A stretch of 64,000 nucleotides of DNA from positions 50,358,165 through 50,422,164 of the forward strand of contig JASCQW010000032.1 in NCBI GenBank assembly GCA_030264375.1, in the 5' to 3' direction. This document shows positions 39,985 to 51,316 of this stretch, piece by piece (position 1 is the first letter of the stretch; each line of letters starts with the position of its first letter). This DNA comes from Carcharhinus longimanus (Eukaryota). The notes under the pieces are model-generated. The model was not told the DNA's origin. It saw nothing but the letters and a program-made list of their open reading frames with translations, and did no database searches. Both the position numbers and the translations under genes were made by a program.

Positions 39985-40395
39985 GTCAGCTCTGTCTCCG
40001 TTAGTAACACATTTCCCTTTGAATCTGCACGTTTGGGGTTCAAGTCCCAGCCCAGGACTTGAGATCAAAAATGAAGGCCAATGCGGTTCGGGGGAGTGCT
40101 GCACTGTTGGAGGTAACATTTTATGGATGAGATGTTAAAGTAAGACACTGCACTCTGAAGTGGGGCAAAGGGATCCTACCTTGTAATATAAAGAAGAGCA
40201 GGGGGGTTATCTCCGGTGTCCGGGCAAATATTTATTCATTCGTTAACAGCATAAAAGCAGATGATCCGTTACTACCTCACAATGTCCGTGGAAGGAGCTT
40301 GCTCTGGGCAAATTGGCTGTTGCATTCTCTACAACAGTGAATATATTTCAAAAATAATTTGTTGGTTGTAAAGTGTTTTAAATGTCCGACGGTTG
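39985..40395 (+). mobile_element. Deu-domain SINE (SacSINE1/AmnSINE1-like)
   Basis: GGGTTCAAGTCCC B box; GGGAGTGCTGCACTGTTGGAGGT...GGATGAGATGTTAAA...GAAGAGCAGGGG...GGAGCTTGCT...CAAATTGGCTG...ACAACAGTGA. Decayed relatives lie at ~10385-10600 (-), ~29250-29590 (+) and ~59615-59710 (+). Confidence 0.75.
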
Positions 40396-40779
40396 TCCTT
40401 TACTTCCACTGAAAAGTATTCTTTGACGAATCGAAGAACCTGGTCCGGCTTTATTAACACAGCTGAAAACGGGGTTAAAACAAATGTCTTCAATAAAGGT
40501 GACCAGTTCCGCACTTGCGAATAACCTGCTTTTAATTCACTGAAAATGACTGAAATGAAACCATACTGAATCAATTCGTTGTAAGTGCTTACCTAAACCA
40601 GCGCAACCGGTGGAATTTCGCATTTTGATCAGGGACCATGGCAAACTTTGCGGGCTTGATTCACCCAGATTGCACCGGTACACTTGAAAGAGGCGAAATG
40701 CCTGCCTTCAGCTCATTCTTGGCAGAGATAAAGCTTCCTGTTTTACCATTCTGAGTTTTCTCTCCTATCACTTCTGAGA

Positions 40780-41070
40780 GCGCTGACCTCTGCTCCAGTG
40801 TCTTAGCATGAGTGCGGGCGGAGAGACTGGTACCTCACCCTTCTGCTTGTGTCAGCTGAAGCAATAAATGTCAGCAGGCATGAGACCAGGGGCACATTTC
40901 AAATGACCCTCACTATGGAAGCGTCATCCAATCCATGCTTAGACCAATTGTGTCATTCCAATCACCACCCAGCCTGACAGCAGCTAACTGGGTGTAGACC
41001 GGGGATTGAAGCTGGCACCTTCAAAGTGCTCGATTTTATATTGGACAGTGCATTAACCAGATAGGACTTC
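40780..41070 (-). mobile_element. Old tRNA-derived SINE remnant
   Basis: Minus strand has TGGTTAATGCAC...CTTCAATCCCCGGTCTACACCCAGTTAGCTG, a tRNA-like head; highly diverged. Confidence 0.4.
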
Positions 41071-41409
41071 AGGGTCATGAGGAGGACGCTGCCCACGCTT
41101 TTAAGGTGCCTTCGCCCTTCCTCTTTCATTGACCCCTCCATATTATGCAGTACGCCTGATTAGAAATGGAATGGACGATAAGCTTCCAATCCAACTGCAA
41201 TGCAAATATGAAGTCATCTATAGAACATTTAAATGACAGGGACCCAAGGCAGTCGTTGCTTCAATATTCCCTCTCTCTGCCTTATTGAAGAGAACCATTT
41301 GCCTTTGTTCTGGAGCTGCTTACAGCAGCATGTTAAAATCAAAAAGACAACACGTGGGGAAGCACATTTCAACTCAGACAGGTTAAAGAGAACACCCCGA
41401 TTCCCCACT

Positions 41410-42420
41410 GCTCTTTGGGGACAAGAATATCTCTGAACTTAATAGAAACCTGACACGAAAGCAAAATAATTCAATTACCTCAAAACGCAACGAAAATGAA
41501 CTGCCAGTGTGACTAAAAAAATTGTGATTATCAGCATTCAAGTAATCATTCTTAATACCTGAGCAACAGGTGTCTCGCACAAACAGAAGACCTTATATAT
41601 AACCATTTTTTTAAAAAAATGTTGTCTTTTCTCCTGTCATTAGACTGGCAGTATCAGTGCAAAGCTGACATGTGTACAGAATCTGTGATTGCACTGCCTG
41701 TTTACACTGTTGTACAGAGGCTGCGTGTGTTCGAGCGTTTGCATTTATGATTTACCAACCTCCAGTACCGCTGGCGAAATTTCTACTGATTGAATCCAGC
41801 TGATAGGATGGTAATCTCTTTTCGGTTGAAACAAACAGAAAGGAAGCCTTCTGTGTGGCAATATCTAGTTTCAAACAGTAAACAAAAGGCAGGCTTCACA
41901 CCAATCACAACAAAGCGAGACCAATGTGAACTGATCTCCTGGAGGTCTTCTTGCTTACATCGGAACTTCTGAGATCAGGCTGGCACAGGTGGCATTAATG
42001 CTATACTTTTTGGCACCAGCACAATGAAAAACTTGGCACTGCACCAGTACCAAAAAAATGGAGTGTAGTGACAGCATAAATCAGATGGTTTCAACTCGTT
42101 TTCGAATATCTTTACAGTGTATTAACAATAGTGTCCCGAGCCACATATGCCAACTGAGTGAGGGCAGGATGGCAGCGCCGCTTACTTGCTAACAGACCAT
42201 AATCCGAGGTAGCCGTGGCTGAAGCCACCCAGCTCGCTGTAAATACCTCGAAACATTGTAAATTATGAAAAGAATAATGAATATCTCTGGGGGAATATAG
42301 GGCACTAATCTGATTAATGGGCTCAGATGGTATCATAAACTGCAAACGCGAGCCGGTAATGAATTAAAACTATCATCTACATTCAGAATTATTACTTTTG
42401 GCGTTATTCCGTATGATCTG
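41410..42420. promoter_or_regulatory. Candidate downstream enhancer / conserved non-coding element
   Basis: Repeat-free; TAATCTGATTA 42306-42316, TAATGAATTA 42357-42366, CAGATG E-boxes at 42082 and 42324. Confidence 0.4.
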
Positions 42421-45400
42421 TAATTTGTAGGTAACCTATATGGTGTGGGTGGCTTGGAGTGTGGAGGGGCATACACGCGGTGGGTCGTGCGAGGGCTGCT
42501 CTTGGATGTTGCTTCGAGAGTTGCCTAGTGCTTCACGTCGNNNNNNNNNNNNNNNNNNNNNNNNNNNNNNNNNNNNNNNNNNNNNNNNNNNNNNNNNNNN
42601 NNNNNNNNNNNNNNNNNNNNNNNNNNNNNNNNNNNNNNNNGTCTTTCCCCAATAGGCTAGACAAAGGTCACAGGTAGAGGAGGGCACTCACAATGTTACA
42701 ATGGCGGCGCGGGCTCGTTGGGCCGAAGGGCCTGTTTCCCGTGCTGTGTTGTTCTTTGTTCTTTGAGTCGGTTCCTGTCGGCACCAGTTACAGAATGTGG
42801 AGGTGTGTTGATACTCTGGCTTTGACAGCTGCCATGCCTTTACCAAATGATTGAGGAATCATTTGGAACCCATTAGAATTTTTTGCAAAAACATTGAATA
42901 ACATGACGGGACAACTCTCACAACACCTGCGAACATTAGAAACGAGAGCGATCCTGTTCCTCAGCTGCCACAACTTTGCACCGTGGACTGCTACAGATGC
43001 CTGAAGCCCCTTGTGTGAACATCTCATGTTGTCGCTTTGAGAATTGCTTGGGGGGGGGGGGGGTGGCGAAAGGGCGGCGAGGTTTATTGATTTAGAAATA
43101 TCACCTACGGATAAAGATGCGCTACGTTTGCACAGACATTCACACTCCACGATTTAAACGTACAATTTGCACGCCTTTGTCATCCAGTTTATAAGATGTA
43201 GAGTGCATATAATGCGTGTCCTCCAGATACAAAACCAAGGCCCGCCAAAAACGAGATCGCAAAATCATGGACATTCTGTCCCCAAACTTGCTCGGGATGG
43301 TGNNNNNNNNNNNNNNNNNNNNNNNNNNNNNNNNNNNNNNNNNNNNNNNNNNNNNNNNNNNNNNNNNNNNNNNNNNNNNNNNNNNNNNNNNNNNNNNNNN
43401 NNACAAAACCAAGGCCCGCCAAAAACGAGATCACAAAATCATGGACCTTCTGTCCCCAAACTTGCTCGGGATGGTGCTGTCTCTATTCCAGGTTGTGTTC
43501 TCAGCTTTATGTGCTCGCTTTGTGCTGAGTATATTTGCACTTTACCCCGTGCTCTGGACTGAATTACCCCATCCAAATCCCCTCTAACCAGCTGCTCTGC
43601 GATGCGGCTGGCGCGTCTCCTTTCTCCTCTTTGACGGCGGGAACTGCCTCCGATTGCAGCTGTTCTGTGTTCCAAGTGTGGAACCTCTGCATCCAGCTCT
43701 GTAGCGGCCCCAGCTGCCGATCACTCTCTGTGGAACCTCGGTAAAGCGCTGTCCATACACAGGCACGCAAGATGCCTCCAAATCCTAACAATTTAATGTG
43801 GTAGCGCGCCGAGATCTTAAGCTGTCGGTAAACAGATCCACCTTAATAAAAGCATCTAAAATGACAACTGTATCTCTTTTAGTTAGATGGTTGATTTCCC
43901 GGAGAGTGGTTAAGCTATTTACCTCGAATTCGTGAAATAGGATTCTTATTTTCACTCTTTCAAGGCTATCTTATTGCCCTTAATCGAATTGATAAAGATA
44001 AGGCAATCCTTATGGTAAAGTTATTGTCAATGTTTCTGAACTTCAGTTCCGAACAACGCTGTTAAACCCGGCTTAATGACGCAAGGCTCAAGCGACACAA
44101 GTCACTTCATGGAATTTCGATGATTTTTATTCCGAGTTGTCCAATATTGTTAAATAATATTTGCCGGCCAATTCAGTCTGCCTAAAATTCATTGAGGTGT
44201 TTCGTTTATTGTAAGTGGTCAAACTTGAATGCCACGAGGTGCATAAAAATCAAGTCAGTTACTAAGCCTAAGATTATTGCTAAGGAAGTGTCAACACTTT
44301 GTCCAATACGGGATAGAAACAAACACTTACTCTAGATGTACACAGCCTTTGTAAACTAATTTATAAGTTGTATCATAATAACTGAATTAATTTGCAGCTT
44401 TCTTCAATGCTTTCGAAAAATATTTTGCATTCAAGCGCGTTTTGTAGGTAACTCACTAAATGAAGACATTGTGTTCAGTTGAGGCGATCCCGACGTTTGT
44501 CAAACATAATGAATGCAAGGATTGTTGATAAATATTGTGCTGTGGCAGAAATGCTGCACTTGTTTCAGATTGGTGAGAGGTGGGAGAATCCCAGAGAGCA
44601 TCAACACACACATCGAAAGGAACACGCGCTTCTCACGCTATTTACAGCCGCGATCTCCTAAAATTTGGGAACTTTATTATTTGAACATAAAGTGGTTTGG
44701 CATCAGTAATTCCTGAAATAAGCCACCATCTGGAACATAAAGTACGTTATTACATTTTTGGGGTCGCTCTATATTTTGGAAAAAATAAAAAAGACTGACG
44801 CTGAAAACTTAGAGAGAATTAACTTCCATTCCGATGCGGCAAGTCGAGAAGTTTTAGCCACCTGAGCAAAAAGGTGAGCCAAATCAAGCGCTGGGTGCAT
44901 ATCTATAGCTCAAGATTGGCAGCGTAAGTTCAGGACAAGTCTGAAAATGTAACTACAAGAAATAGAGTGCACAGTATATGATGCACTTATTAGGAACTGG
45001 GATTCCTATTTGTAACTATTAAAGAGGACTCACTGTTGTGACTGAAGTGTTGCTTCAACCGGGGTATTCTGCTGCCTGCAACTGATTGGGGATTTCCTTT
45101 TTTCCTTGCAATGTTAGCTGACAGTTTGTGTCTTCCTGCGGCGAACTTTCTTCAGTTCGCTTACGAATTGTACTGGATTTAAACAGCATCGGAAACATTC
45201 CCAGCCGCTGACTGCAGGTAGTTCAGTTGATAGGTATGGGGAATTAAATAGTCGATTAGCGGTTTTCAACTTCGGGTAAAATATCTAATTGCGGCAAGGT
45301 AATCATTAAAAACCTTCCTGTATTCACAAACCCACCGAAGCTGTCAGTGCATGAAGAAAAACGCGCACCGCGCGACCAATCTGAATTGCTTATCTGGAGA

Positions 45401-45807
45401 CAGAGCAGCTAATCTTGTGACATTCACGAAATCGAGAAATTCTCTGGGTAGCTATTTCCTTTAATTTATTTGAATCCCAAGACAGAATACATGAATAACC
45501 GATAACCAAATGCTATCCAGATAGGATGTCGAAAACCTTAATTGCATTTCTCATTAGGAAAGGTGCTTAAACTGATGGGACATTCCTGCCGAAATAAGAA
45601 AAAAATCTTGCAAATCATGGATAGAGCAAGGCTTGTGCTTACCGCCTATGCTAGACTTTGAAATCGGTGTCGTCTTCTGTTTATATAACATTTAACGTCA
45701 TTTGCGAAAGAGCGCATCAGTAAACATTCGTCTGAAGTTTGTTTTTAAGAAAACACTGCCGATCACAAAAAAAGCCTATTCAATCAGCTGGTAAAATGAT
45801 CAACTTC

Positions 45808-45832
45808 CACACACACACACACACACACACAC
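45808..45832 (+). repeat. (CA)n microsatellite just downstream of the NR4A2 3' end
   Basis: Directly visible CA run. Confidence 0.95.
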
Positions 45833-45999
45833 AACACACCTTTTGCGAGTTTGTTCTTTCAAAGCGTCGCAGTAAATAGATGACGAATAGGTATTTGTAT
45901 AAAAGAATTGTTCTGGATGATTAAAATTGAAATGACACATGACTTTATATGAAAGTGTAATGGAATTTCGGCTTGAGCACAGACGAATCTACGAAACAG

Positions 46000-47288
46000 C
46001 CATTTGAAGACATCTTTTTATTTGTGTAAACATTAAATGTTTCTTTCTCAAAGAAAGAATTCTCAGAAAACATACTTTTAAGCATTTCTAAATGTAAGAT
46101 ACACAATAGAAAAGGCAGTGACTTGTAGGTCAAAATGTATACGTACCGCATACATATATATATTTTAATATACAAAGTAAAACCTACATGTATGTAAATA
46201 CTTTCTTTTAAAAATCCCACTGAAACATGAAATGACAACTGTCACCTTTTTGCAGACGTTTGGAAAGTAAGACAAAGTGCTCAGTAAGTTGCAGGAGATT
46301 ATCTCTAAAAGCACTCTGAAAACCGTCGAAAGCAGTAGCATGCAAATTCATGTTAGACGACAAAAAATAATAAAGATATAAATTTTATCAACATCAACAG
46401 TACATACAACACTTACAAACGATGAATGTTGAACGGTCTTTACAAACACAATGTATCCCTTTTTAAAGATGCCAGTCGATGTATACTTGTAGCCAAATGG
46501 TAGAATTGTACATCTGCTAACAAGATATCAAACACTACATCTGTCTTTTAAAAAAATCTAACAGACTACATAGTGTCTGGAATACTATTTCTTAGGTTTT
46601 CATACTGTAGACATAATCCATCGAGAAGATACCAAGTGCCTATAATGTTTCCAACATACAAATATGAAGATTAGTCCCGCAACAGCATTCACATGCCTTT
46701 ATAATGTACTAACCACTATTAAATCTCCATTTTTTAATCTCCACTCGTACATTTCAAATCAACCCAGAAAAATAATCAGAGCAAAACTTAATTTGTTAAT
46801 TTACAACTATTTGCGACTTTCAATGGCCTTATGGACGCATCATACCATCCTATAATTGCTGTATGCATATAAGCCAATTCTTTATTATATATACTGTGGC
46901 GTCATGTCTGCCTGGAGTTTTGCCGAGAACGGAGTTTACAATCCATTTTACATCCTTCAAATATGACTTCTATCAAAAGTTGAACCGAGCTTGATGGGAA
47001 TGCGTGTGTCCCCCCGCATGTGGGGCAGTTTTCGTCTCGTCAATAAAAAAAATAAAATAGATAATTAAAAACTGTATATACCACGTTTTGCAGTTTATTT
47101 GCTGTGAATCCTGGTCAGTAAACGACTGTGAATACAAAGTTCTGACAAGCGCAAAAAGTTCTCAGGCTTTTTGCAGACGTGTTTGGCACCAAAGTTTCAT
47201 CTGTTTCTCTGCAGACCTGTCTCTGCCGTGTGTGTCTGTAGCAGTTTATTATTGGAATCGGTTTCAGTTCAAGTGCTAAGGTTTGCTT
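46000..47288 (-). other. NR4A2: NR4A2 3'UTR (~1.3 kb)
   Basis: Repeat-free AT-rich sequence from the stop codon to AATAAA (plus-strand TTTATT 46017-46022); carries several miRNA seed matches. Confidence 0.7.
46017..46022 (-). terminator. Probable distal polyadenylation signal AATAAA
   Basis: TTTATT on the plus strand ~1.27 kb after the stop. Further AATAAA hexamers lie at 46881, 47094 and 47245. Confidence 0.6.
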
Positions 47289-47630
<342 letters not shown>

Positions 47631-47692
47631 TTAAAGGAGATTCTTAACATTCGGTGATTTAAGGGGAACAGATTAACAATAAATGCACTGAC

Positions 47693-47871
47693 CTGTTATC
47701 ATGGCGAGTGTAGCAATGCAGGAGAAAGCTGAAATCTCAATGTTCATACTGTGGAGGTTGGATGAGAAGTCAATGATTGAATCTATCCACTCCCCAAAGC
47801 CACGGACACACTGCAGCCTGTGCAGAACCACCCCATTGCAAAAGATGAGCTTGCCGTCCACAGGGTTAGAC
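47693..47871 (-). CDS. NR4A2: NR4A2 exon 7 (179 nt at the orthologous boundary): LBD; 5' boundary uncertain because the acceptor reads AT
   Basis: [59 protein letters not shown]; donor ACAG|GTCAGT. The upstream boundary is TTTCAT|G instead of CAG|G (see findings). Confidence 0.9.
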
Positions 47872-48048
47872 ATGAAATGAACAGTAATAAAGCTACTAAT
47901 TGCTTTTTTTCAGTAATAAACAGCATTTTAATTAGAAGAGAACAATAAAACTTGAATCACTGGATCTTGGTGGGGGGGTGGGGGAGGGGAGAGGCTGGTG
48001 GATATGGAATAGGGTCGATGGCAGTTTAAAAGTAGAATATCTATCTAC

Positions 48049-48251
48049 CGGTAGGCTAGCCTCAGAACGAATAGTTCCAGGAAAGCCGATTCGAAAAGCA
48101 GATCCTGGTCCTCTTTTGGAAGGTCGGAGTAGCCGGGGATCTTCTCCGCCCAGCCGCGGATGATTTCCATGGAGCCTGTCAAAAGGTCGTAGAATTGCTG
48201 GATGTGCTCTGTGTCCCCGCCGCTCAGCTGGTATTCGGGATTGGACTGGAA
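48049..48251 (-). CDS. NR4A2: NR4A2 exon 6 (203 nt): LBD
   Basis: TGCAG|TTC ... TAC CG|GTAGAT; [68 protein letters not shown]. Confidence 0.96.
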
Positions 48252-48709
48252 CTGCATTTTCAGAGAGATAAAAAAGGATCAATAAAGTCCTATTCGGCTA
48301 CACCCCGAGTGGAATAAGCCCCCTCCTTTGTACAAAAGAAGGCCTGATATTTCTGCTAACAATCCGATTTTGCGTTGACCAATTAAGAAATGTTAATCCC
48401 TGAATTACTCGGGGGAATGATGCTTTTGGTACATTTATTTTACATTCTCGCAAACAATCTTAGCGAGCTTGAATAATGAAACGTACTTCTCTGTTCCACA
48501 TGTTACTATACTTAAATTCCAATAACTTGGGTAAAGTCCATAAGAGCTTTACGTTGATGTAATGCCCGCTGTTTATCCTTAACCCTCTGTTCTGGCTGTA
48601 ATTCCGAACAGATTAAAATTTCCGCCAATTTTCTAACGTAGGGGCAAATCTGGCAGAGCTGCGTTGTAGAGAGGAATGCAATTCCAAACTGTTTCGACTG
48701 AAAATTCTA

Positions 48710-48985
<276 letters not shown>

Positions 48986-49037
48986 CTACAATTTGCTTTT
49001 TTTAGTACAAGTTAGTATATAAACACACATCTCATCA

Positions 49038-49286
<249 letters not shown>

Positions 49287-49871
49287 CTAAGATTTTTCTT
49301 CGCACCCTATTTAACAGATGGATATTTACAGTGATCACTGTAGCTCTAACCGCCTGCCTCTTTCCCAGCTTCTCGCTGTATTTGATATGCGAGGCAGAGA
49401 AGGAGCAGACACTGGGTAAATACAAATTCGTGGGCATTCATATTATTTACATCCCTCCGAGACCCCTCGATTTAAAATGATAAGATTATTCAATCACGAT
49501 GGTGAAATAAAGAGATCACTTTAATTTTACCATAGGGAGTTCTGTTCCACTTGGTTAACTTAGACACGGCTTAATGTTGTTACCAATTTAAATCTCAAGG
49601 AGTCGTCTGAATTTGTGACAGACGCGAGCTGGGTTTCCGCCTTCTATCTGTATTTGAGACATTCACACCCAAACTTGCAGGCAAAAATTACATTCCTGCT
49701 CACAGCAAAGCCTACTTTCCAACCCCCAAGTACAAGTTATCAGTAGGTCTTTTATAAACTCTGATATGCAGCATCGCGCCCTTTAACTAACCGTGTCTCA
49801 TTTAATCAGTTTGCATGTAATGATTAAATACGCGGGAAGCTTAACACTAAATGTTAGAAGAAAACAATCAC

Positions 49872-50729
49872 CTTGAAAAAGCCTTTGCAGCCCTCGCATG
49901 TGCGGACTCCATAGTGCTGGCAGGCAGCGTTATCTCCGCACACGGCGCAAAGGCCCTCGTTTGATGGCGAATTCCGAGATGGAGGTGATGGTACCTGGCT
50001 GTCCATCAGCTGAGACCCATGACCAATCTGGAGACCAGGGAAGCCCACGGATGCTTGTTTTCTGATGGGATTGGGAACAGCGAAGTTCTGGCTGTCCACT
50101 ACGTGATGACCACCTCCCGTCTCGGGGTTCATGGAAATGTGCAGAGGGTTATCAAACCTCATTTGGCAGCTGGACACTGGGGTACTGGGGGGCGACTGCT
50201 TGAAGGAGAAAAGAGATAGTCTTGAGACAGGAGCCTTTCGCTGATCTATCATATGGGTGGTGGCTACATAGTTTTGGGAAAAGCTATGGAGAGAACTGGG
50301 GTCATCCCACAGTGGGCTGTGCTGAACCTGAAAGCCTGGAGTTGTTGGGGTAGGGGGTGGAGATGGCTTGTAATACATGGAACCAGAATGGATCATCTCC
50401 TCTGGTGGATGCTGTAGGTGATTCTGCTGGTGATAGCCGTGCATCTGGATGTCTTCAACCTTGATAGCGGACTGCTGGTTGGACAGTGGCATCTGGTACA
50501 AGCAAGGGGGTTTCACGTCGTAATTGGTGCTGTAATTCTCCATGAAGGTGCTGAAGCTGGGTAGCGATGTAGTTGCTGTAATTTCAGTGTTGGTGAGATC
50601 CATGCTGAATTTGACGAACTCTGGTGTTAAGAAGTCAGAGCTGTATTCCCCACTGTGGTAGCTGTAGCTCTGAGAGGCAGGACTGGCTCCTTGTGGCGAT
50701 GACCCATACTGAGCTTGAACACAGGGCAT
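49872..50729 (-). CDS. NR4A2: NR4A2 exon 3 (first coding exon, 858 nt): AF-1 region and first zinc finger
   Basis: Acceptor TTTACAG|CCATG (AG at 50733-50732), ATG at 50729. Translates MPCVQAQYG...IKVE...[26 protein letters not shown]. Donor AAG|GTGATT. Confidence 0.97.
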
Positions 50730-51192
50730 GGCTGTAAATGAAAGTTCTGAACATGTACTCATACCATTTAAATGCATACGGCCACTACTAAATCATCTTG
50801 CTTCACACATCCTAGCAGCACTGTAGGAACCTAAACTAAATGCCTTGAAATCAGTTCATTTAACCCCATGGATATACTTTAAGGGAGTGTGCCAGAGACA
50901 CGAACCAAACACGATTTAACGCATTCACTGGTGATGGTTTCTCTACTAAAATAACTCATTGTTACTTTAATATGATTCATTTCAGTACTGGGTTCAGCCA
51001 AGTTCTGTAAGTATTCGAGGTGATCTAAATTATTTGTAATGTGTTCCATCAAAGCAACAAACACATTTTAAAAATAAGCACATGGAGAATATTCTTCATG
51101 GGTAACTTTAAATTTTTAAAAATGGCAATATCATTTAATTGGAATAATTTGAGAAATCAGCATTTTATTACAGAGCACTCAAATCAACGTAC

Positions 51193-51316
51193 CTGCAACC
51201 GAGTGATTGTGAAAGAATTCAAAAGTAAACACTGTCGTGATTTGAATTCCCGAAGCGCAGAATTCGGATTTTTTTTTCTTAATCGCAATTCAGACAGCAG
51301 CACAATGAAATCTTTC
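51193..51316 (-). other. NR4A2: NR4A2 non-coding exon 2 (124 nt, 5'UTR)
   Basis: Pyrimidine tract and acceptor GTTTCCATCTGTTTTCAG|GAAAG; donor TTGCAG|GTACGT. Its 3' part (ACGACAGTGT...ACTCGGTTGCAG) and length resemble the mammalian exon 2 as I recall it. Confidence 0.75.

Noticed and set aside
42663-42670. NBRE-like AAAGGTCA (also at 62261, and reverse matches near 3142 and 18222) as autoregulatory sites
   Set aside because: A few 8-mer matches are expected by chance in 64 kb, and most fall in or beside transposon sequence.
43228-43475. ~74-bp direct repeat on both sides of a 100-N gap
   Set aside because: The copies abut the gap and differ at two bases, which is typical of overlapping contig ends or haplotypes. 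Probably an assembly artefact.
47872-48048. Intron 6 as a minor-spliceosome (U12) intron to explain the odd acceptor
   Set aside because: The donor is GTAGATAG, not GTATCCTT, and there is no TCCTTAAC branch site.
50730-50777. N-terminal extension [16 protein letters not shown] in the ORF track
   Set aside because: It lies upstream of the exon-3 acceptor, so it is intronic read-through rather than coding sequence.
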